From Planctomycetaceae bacterium (GTDB lineage: Bacteria > Planctomycetota > Planctomycetia > Planctomycetales > Planctomycetaceae), in contig JBBDNT010000301.1 in NCBI GenBank assembly GCA_040877445.1, forward strand, positions 4,622-56,452: a DNA stretch of 51,831 bases. Reading direction: 5' to 3'. Positions within the stretch are counted from its first letter, which is position 1, and the number at the start of each line of letters is the position of its first letter. A program made the translations under genes and the position numbers. Positions 19,064-28,400 of the stretch are shown one piece after another. Under the pieces are notes generated by a model. The model was not told where the DNA came from, made no database searches, and saw only the letters and a program-made list of their open reading frames with translations.

Positions 19064-21175
19064 ATGACCGACCGCGACCGGAATGCCGATGGCGAATCGG
19101 TCCGACCCAACTTCGCTTCCTCGCGACCATTGTGCGCTGCCCTTCCGGCCTTGGCGATCGGGACCGGGTTGACGTTCGCGTTCTGGCTCCCGTTGTGGTG
19201 CGGCGGCGGGTTCACCGGCGGCGACGTGTACTTTCACACGTTCCCCGAAAAGCTGTTTCTCGTCGACTGGTGGCGGCAGGGCGTCTTTCCCGTCTGGAAC
19301 GACCGCTTCGGCAACGGCTTTCCCCTCGTCGCCGAGGGGATGACCGCTCCGTTCTACCCGACCAGTCTGTTGTTCTATGGCCTGCTCGATGCGAACTCGG
19401 CGTTCAACGCGAATCACCAACTGCACTACGCACTGTGCTTCGCGTTCACCTGGATGTTCGCGCGGAAGATGGGCCTGTCGCGCGGAGCCGCGGCGCTCGC
19501 GGGGCTGGTCTACACCTACGGCTGGTTTCCCGCGCGGCGAAGCTGGGAAGTCGCGATCATCGCGGGGGCCTATCTGCCGTTGTTCCTGTGGCTCGTCGAG
19601 AACTACCTCGAAACGCGCCGCGCGCGGTGGCTGGGATGGCTCGGTCTGGCGATCGGCGTGCAGATTCTCGCCGGCCAGTACAACCAGGCGTTCATTTCGC
19701 ACGTCGTCGTCGGGCTGTACGTGTTCGTGCGGATCGCGACGGCTGCTCCTCGATCGAGCGGATCCGGCGCACCGGATACCGACGTCCGCGAACCGCCGCG
19801 ACACCGTTGGTCTCCGCTGGCGACCGTCGCGGCGGCCGGCTTGCTGGGTTACGCGATCGCGGCGGTCACGGTCCTGCCGACGTGGGAACTCAAGCAGCGC
19901 AGCCCGCGGGGGGTGGACGGCCGGTTCGACCCGCTGCAGGGCGTCATCCCGGTCGCGTATCTTCCGCAGGCGGCGCTCCCGTGGAAGTACTACACAATCG
20001 ACGAGGAGGAGTACGTTCGCCGGTTCCGAAGCGGCAGCCGGATGGAGTCGCATCTGTACTTCGGGCTGATTCCGCTCGCGCTCGTCGCGTGGGGGACGTC
20101 GTCGTCGTCGCGGCGGCGGGCGATGCCGCCGGGATTGTGGACGGTGTGGTGCGTGGTCGGCGGCTTCACGCTGGCGTATGCGGTGGGCTGGCTGCCGTTC
20201 GTGGCGCACTTGCCGGGATTCGATTTCTTTCGCGGACCGGCGCGGTACGGATACGGGACGACGTTCGCGGTCGCGATGCTGGCGGCGGCGATGCTCGATT
20301 CGCTTCTGCTCGCCCGCCGTGTCGTCGCGCGTTGGTCGATCGTCGCGTGCGTTCTGCTGGCGACCACCGCCGACTTGTGGTGGGTCGGCCGGCAGGTGGG
20401 GGAAAGCGAACTCACGTGGCGGCCGGCGATCGACTTCCGCGACGACAGCGAACTCGCGCGCGTCCTCGCGGAAGAAAACGAGCGCGGGCCGGTCCGCGTG
20501 CTGACGGCGTTGACGGCGATTCCCGCGGAGAACGTCCCGAGTCTCTACCGCGTCGCGACGTATCCCCCGCGGCTCGCGCTGCCGCCGCTGGCGTACGCGG
20601 ACGTCGGTTCGTTCCAGCAACGCGCGGGACTGGTGCGGCCGATGGAGGGAATCATGCGCGACGAACTCGAACGGTTGCATCGCGTCGGCGTGACGCACGT
20701 GCTCAGCCCGCAGCGGCTCGATGAAGAAGCGTGGCGGGCGGAACTCGTGTGGCGCGGTCGCGACGAACTGCTCGTGCGCGAATGGCAGTCGGGCTTCAGC
20801 GGCCCGCTTCACCTTTACCGCCTGCGCAACGCCCCCGGCCGCGCGTGGTTCGCGGACGCGACTTCCGAAGGGACCGCGCGCGTCGTCTCGAGCGCGCCGC
20901 ACGAGGCGGCGATCGAGGCGAACTCGCCCCGCGGCGGAACGCTCGTTCTCACCGACCTGGCGTGGCCCGGCTGGAGCGTGTCGGTCGATGGCGAACCGGC
21001 GGAGGCGATCGTCGTCGACGAGCTGTTCCGCGGAGTCGACCTGCCGCCGGGAAAGCACGTCGTGACGTGGTGGTTCCAACCGACGAGTTTGTACTGGGGA
21101 GCCGCGATCAGTGTCGTGGCGATCGCGCTGGCATCGACGCTCGTGTGGCGCGGGGGCGCGAAACCGCAAGCGTGA
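19064..21175 (+). CDS. polytopic membrane protein, YfhO/GT-C-like putative glycosyltransferase
   Basis: At least 10 hydrophobic segments are present. An early-loop Trp- and Pro-rich region FHTFPEKLFLVDWWRQGVFPVWNDRFGNGFPL resembles YfhO/GT-C families. The large C-terminal domain is soluble. The start codon is uncertain. Confidence 0.45.
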   Translation: MTDRDRNADGESVRPNFASSRPLCAALPALAIGTGLTFAFWLPLWCGGGFTGGDVYFHTFPEKLFLVDWWRQGVFPVWNDRFGNGFPLVAEGMTAPFYPTSLLFYGLLDANSAFNANHQLHYALCFAFTWMFARKMGLSRGAAALAGLVYTYGWFPARRSWEVAIIAGAYLPLFLWLVENYLETRRARWLGWLGLAIGVQILAGQYNQAFISHVVVGLYVFVRIATAAPRSSGSGAPDTDVREPPRHRWSPLATVAAAGLLGYAIAAVTVLPTWELKQRSPRGVDGRFDPLQGVIPVAYLPQAALPWKYYTIDEEEYVRRFRSGSRMESHLYFGLIPLALVAWGTSSSSRRRAMPPGLWTVWCVVGGFTLAYAVGWLPFVAHLPGFDFFRGPARYGYGTTFAVAMLAAAMLDSLLLARRVVARWSIVACVLLATTADLWWVGRQVGESELTWRPAIDFRDDSELARVLAEENERGPVRVLTALTAIPAENVPSLYRVATYPPRLALPPLAYADVGSFQQRAGLVRPMEGIMRDELERLHRVGVTHVLSPQRLDEEAWRAELVWRGRDELLVREWQSGFSGPLHLYRLRNAPGRAWFADATSEGTARVVSSAPHEAAIEANSPRGGTLVLTDLAWPGWSVSVDGEPAEAIVVDELFRGVDLPPGKHVVTWWFQPTSLYWGAAISVVAIALASTLVWRGGAKPQA

Positions 21176-21205
21176 GGTGGGCGACGGGATCGGCCGAGCG
21201 CGCCG

Positions 21206-21793
21206 TCAACAGCCCATGACGATGGAGTTCTCGTAACCGGGGCGTGGTTTGACCGGTTCGATCGTGGCGTCGTCGATGGAGTAGAGCCACATCAGATAGC
21301 CGTCGTCATCGGTAACTGCCTCGATCCGAAATCGACCTTCGACGAGAATCGGATGGCCGGAGATGTATTTCGTGGTGATCCCATCTCGCAGACGCACGCT
21401 GATGCTGAAATGCGAGATCTTGAAGGTGTTGCCGACGCGCCAATTGAATGACGGGCCTTGTGTCTCTCCGGTGAGCATGAAAACCTTGATGCCGCGTTCC
21501 TGGTAAGGCGGGAACATCCAGCCGCGAATCCGCACGCGTCGCCTGTCGAGTTCCAGCGCGCTGGCCGGCAGAAACGAGCGGTCGAAGGGTTGCCACTCGG
21601 TCGCGAGCAGGGCGAGGTCATCCACTTCGACGTCGACCGGCGATGGATCCGTCGGAACGGAACTCGACTGCACGTCGATCATGTCGACGCCCGCCGGTTC
21701 GTGAGCGTCCGGCCGCCCTTCCGCGAGCCGCGGTAACGTGGCCGCAAGCGCGAGAGCGCATGCCGCGACGATCGTCATGCCGGTGCCGTGCAT
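21206..21793 (-). CDS. hypothetical secreted protein
   Basis: I placed the start at MHGTGMTIVAACALALAATLPRLAEG, a signal peptide. I recognised no catalytic motif. Confidence 0.4.
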   Translation of the reverse strand: MHGTGMTIVAACALALAATLPRLAEGRPDAHEPAGVDMIDVQSSSVPTDPSPVDVEVDDLALLATEWQPFDRSFLPASALELDRRRVRIRGWMFPPYQERGIKVFMLTGETQGPSFNWRVGNTFKISHFSISVRLRDGITTKYISGHPILVEGRFRIEAVTDDDGYLMWLYSIDDATIEPVKPRPGYENSIVMGC

Positions 21794-21876
21794 CGTCCAA
21801 CTCCGCCGAAGCAAGCTGATGAATCGTTCTGCCACACTGAATTACATCATGCGGCGGTGAAGGGGGCAAGAGGAAG

Positions 21877-22887
21877 TTACCCCCGCCCGCCGAGTTCCAC
21901 CAGCAGGCGTTCGACCGCCATGCGTTCCTGCGTTCGGCCTTCGCCTTTCAATTTGCCGTCTGCGACGAGCAGCCATCGCAGCAGTTTTTCCGCGCGGCGG
22001 CGGCCGATGCGGCGGAGATAAGGCTCCGTCTTCTCCCGATCGCGCGGATGCACTCCCGCGGCGTAGATGGCCGGTTGCATGCGCATGCCGCGGCCGGTGA
22101 GCGCGGTCACCCGCGCGAGGGGGCGCATCTTGAAAGCCAGCCCCCCCAGCGTGTACTCCGGCGCTTGCCGCGCGTCGTACAGTTTGCCCAGCAGCGCCAG
22201 CGCGCTCGCGAGATCGCCGTCGATGACGGCGTCCATCATCGCGAAGGTGGTTTCGGCCTTCCATCCGCCGACGAGCACGCGAACGTCGTCCACACCGATC
22301 TTCTTGCGATCGCCGGCGTAGGCGGCAAGCTTGGCGATTTCCTGGTCGAGCAGACCGAGCGACTCGCCGGCGAATTCGACCATCAGCGCGGCGGCGTCGC
22401 GGGGGAGTTGCACGTCGTGCCGATCGCGGGCGTGCTCCTGCAGCCAGCGGAGGAGCGCCGGCCCCTTCAACTCGGCACACTCGATCGGCAGGCCGGCTTT
22501 CGCGACCGCCTTGGCGAGCCGCGTGTTGCTCGGCCACGTCTTCACTTCGAGCACCAGCACCCCTTTCTTCGCGGGGTGTTCGAGATACTTTTCGAGGCCG
22601 GCCCGATGATTCGTCACGAACGTGTCCGCATCCTCGACGATCACCAGCCGGCGATCGCCCCACATCGAGACGGTCCGCAACTCGTCGGCGACCGACTTCA
22701 GTTCGAGAAATTCATCGGTGCCGTCGAACCGGCTCGCGAGCTGATCTTCCCCTTCCACCTCGCCCAGCACCGCGCGGACGACCTCGGCCAGCGCCGCCTG
22801 CTTCAGGAAGCGTTCCTTCCCGTGAATCGCCACGACCGGCCCGGTCGCGTGCTTCGCGGAATCCTTGACGTACTCGGCGGCGTGCAT
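21877..22887 (-). CDS. holA: DNA polymerase III subunit delta
   Basis: The 336-aa product has the N-terminal clamp-loader-like region (VVAIHGKERFLK, LVLEV) and a helical C-terminal region typical of HolA. Its size and composition are consistent with that assignment. Confidence 0.6.
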   Translation of the reverse strand: MHAAEYVKDSAKHATGPVVAIHGKERFLKQAALAEVVRAVLGEVEGEDQLASRFDGTDEFLELKSVADELRTVSMWGDRRLVIVEDADTFVTNHRAGLEKYLEHPAKKGVLVLEVKTWPSNTRLAKAVAKAGLPIECAELKGPALLRWLQEHARDRHDVQLPRDAAALMVEFAGESLGLLDQEIAKLAAYAGDRKKIGVDDVRVLVGGWKAETTFAMMDAVIDGDLASALALLGKLYDARQAPEYTLGGLAFKMRPLARVTALTGRGMRMQPAIYAAGVHPRDREKTEPYLRRIGRRRAEKLLRWLLVADGKLKGEGRTQERMAVERLLVELGGRG

Positions 22888-22933
22888 GAAAAAACTCGTC
22901 GATTTTCGTGACCTTGAATCGCCGCGATGCCCT

Positions 22934-23115
22934 GGTTAGCCGCGACGCGAAGGCTCTGCGCAGCGGAGCGCTCGCCCCGCGCGCGACCCGCGATTGACCC
23001 GTTCGACGGGCTGGTCTACAGTCCCGCCGCCTCACGATACGCTGGCAGAGGCGCGCTGTCCAATGTGGCGTGGCGGAGCGCTCCGCTGCGCAGAGCCTTC
23101 GCGTCGCGGCTAACC
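22934..23115. repeat. MITE-like element: perfect 40-bp terminal inverted repeats flanking a 102-bp core
   Basis: The sequence at 22934-22973, ggttagccgcgacgcgaaggctctgcgcagcggagcgctc, is the exact reverse complement of 23076-23115. The element lies between divergent holA and the phosphohexomutase-like gene. The outer 13-16 nt (CGCGTCGCGGCTAACC) recur at 4 other intergenic sites in the window. Confidence 0.8.
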
Positions 23116-23122
23116 GGACGAT

Positions 23123-24449
23123 GTCGATGACTGCGCCGATCGCACTCCCTTCACGAACGCAATACATCTGCCCCGGCGAGACGCATCCGATCAGCCGGTC
23201 GGTGCATCTCGCGCGGCTGGCGGCGTTCTTCCCGGCGTGCCGCGATTGCCCGCTGCGATCCGACGTGGGCCATCTATCCGTCGAAACGAAACAACGGCTG
23301 GAAAGCACGCGCCGCCGCGTTCCCCGCGCCTCGCTGTTCACGGTCGAGGGCGTCCGCGGAGTGCATCTCAACGAATTGACGCGCCCGCTCGCGGCACGCA
23401 TCGCGACGGCGTTCGCCCATCTGCTGTGGGAAGAGTTTCCGACGGCGGCGCGCAGCGAGTCGCCGGCGTCCCGCGCCACGCCGGCCGTCGTCGTCGCGCA
23501 CGACGAGCGCCCTTCCGCGCCGGACCTCGTGACCGGCGTCGTCTCGGCGTTGCGGCGGATGAGTTGCCGGGTGATCGACATCCGCCTCGCGACCACGCCC
23601 GTGTTCCGCTTCGCGGTCGATCACCTGCAGGCGCACGGCGGAATCTTCGTGACGGGGAGCGGACACGGCCCGGCTTGGATGGGCATGGACTTCGTCCGCG
23701 CCGCGGGACGGCCGTCGTCGCGCGAAACCGAGGGCGCGGTCGATTCGCGCGGCGGACTGGAGCGCCTGGAAGCCGAAGTCGATCGACCGCACGAGCGCCC
23801 CGTGCGGCATGGCGGCGCGTATCGCACGTTCCAAGCCGCGCTGCCTTACGAAGCGGGGCTGTGGAAGCACTTCCACGCCTTGCGGCCGTTGCGGATCGTC
23901 TGCGGATCCCCCTTGTCGTCGCAACGCCGGTTGTTGGAGAAATTGTTCGAGCGGCTGCCTTGCACGCTCGTCGCGAACGCCCTTCCGGTCCGCCGCCGCG
24001 ACGTGAACGATCCCGAAGACGCCGACGTGCGCCGTGTCGCCGAGGCGGTGCGCCGCGAGCACGCGCATCTGGGCGTCGTGATCGACGACGACGCGCAGGC
24101 CGGCGGCTTTCTCGACGAAACGGGGGAACTCGTCCCGCGGGATGCGATCGCGCGGATGATCGCCGACGTGCTGCTGTCCGAATCGCCGGGACGCCGGATC
24201 GCCGTCGCCGGCGAGCGGTTCGACGCACTTCATGGGGCGATCGCGGCACTCGGCGGCGAGCCGATCGATGCGGGGCGCACCCAGGCGGCGATGTGGCAAG
24301 CGGTTTCGGAAGGAGCGATCCACGGAATCGAAGGGAACCGCCACTGGTTCCACGAAGCCTCCCCCGCCAGCGACGCGATCCTCTCGCTGGCCCGCGTGTT
24401 GCAAGCGCTCAGTCGCGGCGACGCGCCGCTTTCAGCCATGCGCGCGTGA
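23123..24449 (+). CDS. alpha-D-phosphohexomutase-family-like protein with divergent active-site loop
   Basis: EGVRGVHLNELT resembles the PGM/PMM domain-I G-(I/V)-R-G...LT motif. VTGSGHGP stands where T-A-S-H-N-P would be expected. An Asp-rich loop IDDDAQAGGFLDE resembles the Mg-binding loop. The N-terminal region contains CPGE...CRDC. The start is uncertain: ATG 23123, or GTG 23070. Confidence 0.4.
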
Positions 24450-24582
24450 ATCGCAAGCCGGGCGAAATCGCCGCGCGACACCCCGTCTCGACGCGCGCCG
24501 CGGCGACTGCTAGACTGCCGCCCGAAATTCAGGCCGGGGAATCGCCTCGGCGGCGCAAGGACGCGAACAGGCGAGCGGCGGT

Positions 24583-25398
24583 ATGATCGGCGCGGAGTAT
24601 CTCGAGGCGATCGTGCTGGGCGTCGTGCAGGGGATCGCCGAGTTCCTGCCGATCAGTTCGTCCGGGCACCTGGTCGTCTGCGGCGCGATCTGGCGGGAGG
24701 CGACGGGGAAATCCGCATCGCCCGCGGACGATCTCGCTCTGAACGTGGCGCTGCACGTGGGGTCGCTGTTTTCGATTCTGTGGGTCTACCGCCGCGACCT
24801 GTGGGCCTTGGCGCGCGCGGGGGACTGGCGATTGGGCGCGGCGATCGTCATCGCGACGATCCCGACCGCGATCGTGGGGCTGCTGTTCCAGGAACGCTTC
24901 GAGACGGCGTTCGCGACGCCGCTGGTCGCCGGCTGCGGCCTGCTGGTCACGGCGTGCTTGCTGGTGCTCGGGCAGCGACTGGAACGGGGCGAGCGGGGGT
25001 TGGCGGGAATCACCGCGACGCGGGCGGCGGCGATCGGCGCGTTTCAGGCGGCGGCGCTCGTGCCGGGAATCTCGCGCTCGGGAAGCACGATCGCGGCGGG
25101 GTTGTTCGTCGGCGCGAAGCGCGACGCGGCGGCGGCGTTTTCGTTCTTCATTGCGATTCCGGCGATCGGCGGAGCGGCGGCGCTGACGTTTCGCGACGCG
25201 ATCGTGTCGGGAGTCGCGCCAACCAACGCCGGGGCGCTCGCGCTGGGAGCGGTGGTTTCGTTCTTCGTGGGAGTGCTCGCGCTGCGGGGACTATTGCGCG
25301 TCATCGCGCGGGGGAAGTTGCACTGGTTCGCGGCGTATTGCGTGATCGTCGGGGCGGGAACGATCGCCTGGCAACTCGCCGAGATGGCGGGATCCTGA
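24583..25398 (+). CDS. uppP: undecaprenyl-diphosphate phosphatase
   Basis: GIAEFLPISSSGHL is the hallmark BacA/UppP motif. PGISRSGSTI is the second conserved motif. The product has eight hydrophobic helices. Confidence 0.85.
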   Translation: MIGAEYLEAIVLGVVQGIAEFLPISSSGHLVVCGAIWREATGKSASPADDLALNVALHVGSLFSILWVYRRDLWALARAGDWRLGAAIVIATIPTAIVGLLFQERFETAFATPLVAGCGLLVTACLLVLGQRLERGERGLAGITATRAAAIGAFQAAALVPGISRSGSTIAAGLFVGAKRDAAAAFSFFIAIPAIGGAAALTFRDAIVSGVAPTNAGALALGAVVSFFVGVLALRGLLRVIARGKLHWFAAYCVIVGAGTIAWQLAEMAGS

Positions 25399-25457
25399 CC
25401 GCGGCGCGAAACCGCCGGCGTCCGGGACGGCCGGCCGAAATTCGAAGACGTCGAGAT

Positions 25458-28400
25458 TCATGTGCCGGGGGCCGTCTCCGGCTGGGAGCCGCGCGGTCGG
25501 CGACGGATCGCGAGCCAGAGCGAAGACAAGAGAATCACGACCCCCACGATCGCCGGACCGAGCCACCACCACCAGATGAAGCCGACCAGCGCCCACGCCG
25601 CCGCGGGATGAGCCGCGAGCCAGTTCGCCATGGCGGGGGCGGGACGCCAGGCCAGCACGACGACGAGCAAGAACAGGGCGGCCGCGGCGATCGCGTCGGC
25701 GGCGGTCGCCCGGATCGCCCAGAACGAAGCCGGCGCCGCTTGGGCGCGTGATTTCTCCGCGATTCGCCCCTCCACCGCCGGCTCGCCGATCATGGGGAAC
25801 GATGCCGATCGCGGCTCCGGCCGCAGCGCCTCCGGAACGGTGGCGAACGTCGGCGGCGGGACTTGTTCGGTGACGAGTCCCGTCCGGAGCCGGGGCATCA
25901 GGTGGATGTCGCGGTCCGGAACGATCGACAGGTAGACGTTCTCGACGGCCGCCTCGCGCGGCAGAGGATACGCGTCGGAGACGCGCCGCATCACGGCGGG
26001 AGCCGCCGCCGCGGACCGCGTCCAGAACAGCGCCACCGTGCGCGTGCCGACCGCCACCGGCAGCACGAGTTCGTTCCCGCCGGGAGGATCGAAAGCGACC
26101 CCTTCGCCGTCGATGAAGGCGGCCGACGGCACGCAATCGGCGGGCCATCTCCATCGCAGGCGGCCTTGCTGGCGGGGCGGGAGTTCGGCGATCGTCGTGC
26201 CGTGTTCGCGCTCCGCTCCGCGCTGCCAGACCCGCGTCCACACCGCCGAGACCTGAAGCGGTCCGGCTTCCGCCGCCGTCGGCCGACGTTCCAGGTTCCA
26301 CGAAGGCGTCGGCCCGCGGAACAGCAGCGATTCGCTGGAAAGCCCCGCGTCGTCGCGCGCGATCACCCAGTCCGGCGCCTCGTCGTGGGCCGACGCCGAT
26401 CCGTCCGCGGGCAACCACTCCATCGCCGGCGGAAGCAACAGGAAATGTTCGCCGGGCGCGGCATCGAGCACTTCGGCGCGGGGCAGCAGCCAGGTCTCGG
26501 CGGCGGTCGTGGCGATCGCGCCGCTCACCTCGACGCTCGTTTCGCCGGCGGATCCGGGTTGCGACTGGATCGATCTTTCGATGGCTCCGTCCGGCCGCTC
26601 GACCGGCGGCCCGATGAGGCAATTCACCGCCGTGATGCGATGATCGGCCGCGAGCGACGGCGGAACGTGGAGGCGATAGGGGGCGGTCCCCGCGGCCGGT
26701 GCGGGAAACCTCGACACGATGGAATATTCGAGCGCGCCGGGCGCTGATTTGGTTGGATCGCCGAGCATCGTCAGCGTATCGACGCGCGGACGTTCGTTGA
26801 CGAGGGCGCGAAGTCGAACGGGCGGCGCCGCCTCGGTCCGGGAGAACTTGCCGATCGCCACGTCGTCCGGGCGGGCCATTTCGGGAAAGGTCGCGGCGGC
26901 GGCGACGCCCTCGGTCGTCGCGCCGGCGAGCAAATCGACCGTGACCTCCGGATCGCGGACCAATTCCAGTCGCGACTCGACGATCTCGGCACCCTCGAAA
27001 TGCAAGTCGGGGAGAGTCGTCTCGGCGCTGAAATCGAGCGGCAGGTCGGCCGACAGGGCCACCCGCTGCGTGGCCGTCGTCCCGCGGTCGAGGAACAGGT
27101 GCAGGCGATCTCCCTCGCGACTCCAATGGACGAGCCGCTCGACGTCCGCCTCTTCCACCGAGATCGAGCGAATCCGCAGTCGCGGATCGGCGACGAGCGT
27201 GTGGCGATAGGCGGGAGCGCCGGCCACCTCGACTTCGGCGAGCAACTTCCACGCGAGTTGCTCGCGGCCCACGCGGCCCGCCTGGAACTGCCGCACGCGC
27301 CGAACCGCGACGAGCGGCTCGAGCGCGAACCGCACGACCGCCGGACCGCGCAGGTCGAACGCGAACTGCGGCCGCCTCGAACCACCGCCCGGTGTCGTCT
27401 CGACCGGAAACGACTCGGCGGCGATCGGGGTCGCCGCGGGACCGCGCTCTCCGGCGGTCAACCTGAACTCGGGCGCGGTGCGGACGCCGACGCGATACGG
27501 AATGAGCGGTTTCCCCGCCCGATCCGTCGCCGCGGACAGCAGTTGGCCGAGCGGGACGGCGATCGTGTCGGCCCGCTCGACGACCGCGGCAAAAAAGGTC
27601 GCCTCGACGACGAACTCCCCGGCGCGCGGCGCCGGAAGCGTCAGCAACACTTCGGCCCGGTCCTCGTCGCGGGGGGATTGTTCGGCGGCGGCGGGCACGC
27701 CGTCGATCGTCGCGCCGCGGAAGAGCATCGACCTGGGGACGTTCCAGGCGAGGTAATCGATCGGATCGTCGGGGGCGCGGTACGCGATGCGGTAGCGGTA
27801 TTCGATCCAGGCGGGGCGAACGTCCACGTCGCAGAGCACGCTCGTTTCGACGACCGCGGGGGCGGAACTGGCCTCGCGCCCCGCGAACCACGTGGCCCGC
27901 AAACGCCCCGCGCCGCCCAGATCGGCCGTCACCGTTCGCGATTCGTCATCGATCGACACGCGGCCCCGCGCGGGAGGGACCGACACCGCGGGAGGCGGCA
28001 CGCTGAAGCTCAACACGGCACGGCTCGCGGCGACCGGCGGGATCTCGATGTCGAAGCCCGGCACCGCCGTCGGCGGCGGATGCAGCGCGAACGCGATTTC
28101 CACCCGCCACGGCGCCGCGAGGTCGTCGAGATCGGGGCGCGCGATCGCGACCGTGAACGCCTTGCCCCCCGCCAGCGGTACGACCGGCACCGGCTCGCCG
28201 GCGACAAGACACGCATCCGGACCGCCGGGATTGGCCGCCGCCAACGGGAACTCGACCTCCGCGGTTCGCACGCCCGGCAACACGATCACGTCGTATCGGG
28301 CGTCCAGCGTCACCGCGTCGCGGTCCTCGATGCGGGCGAGATAGTCGGCCCGCGCGATGAGATACCGCGGCGACTCCGACGCGAGACCGGGCGCCCGCGC

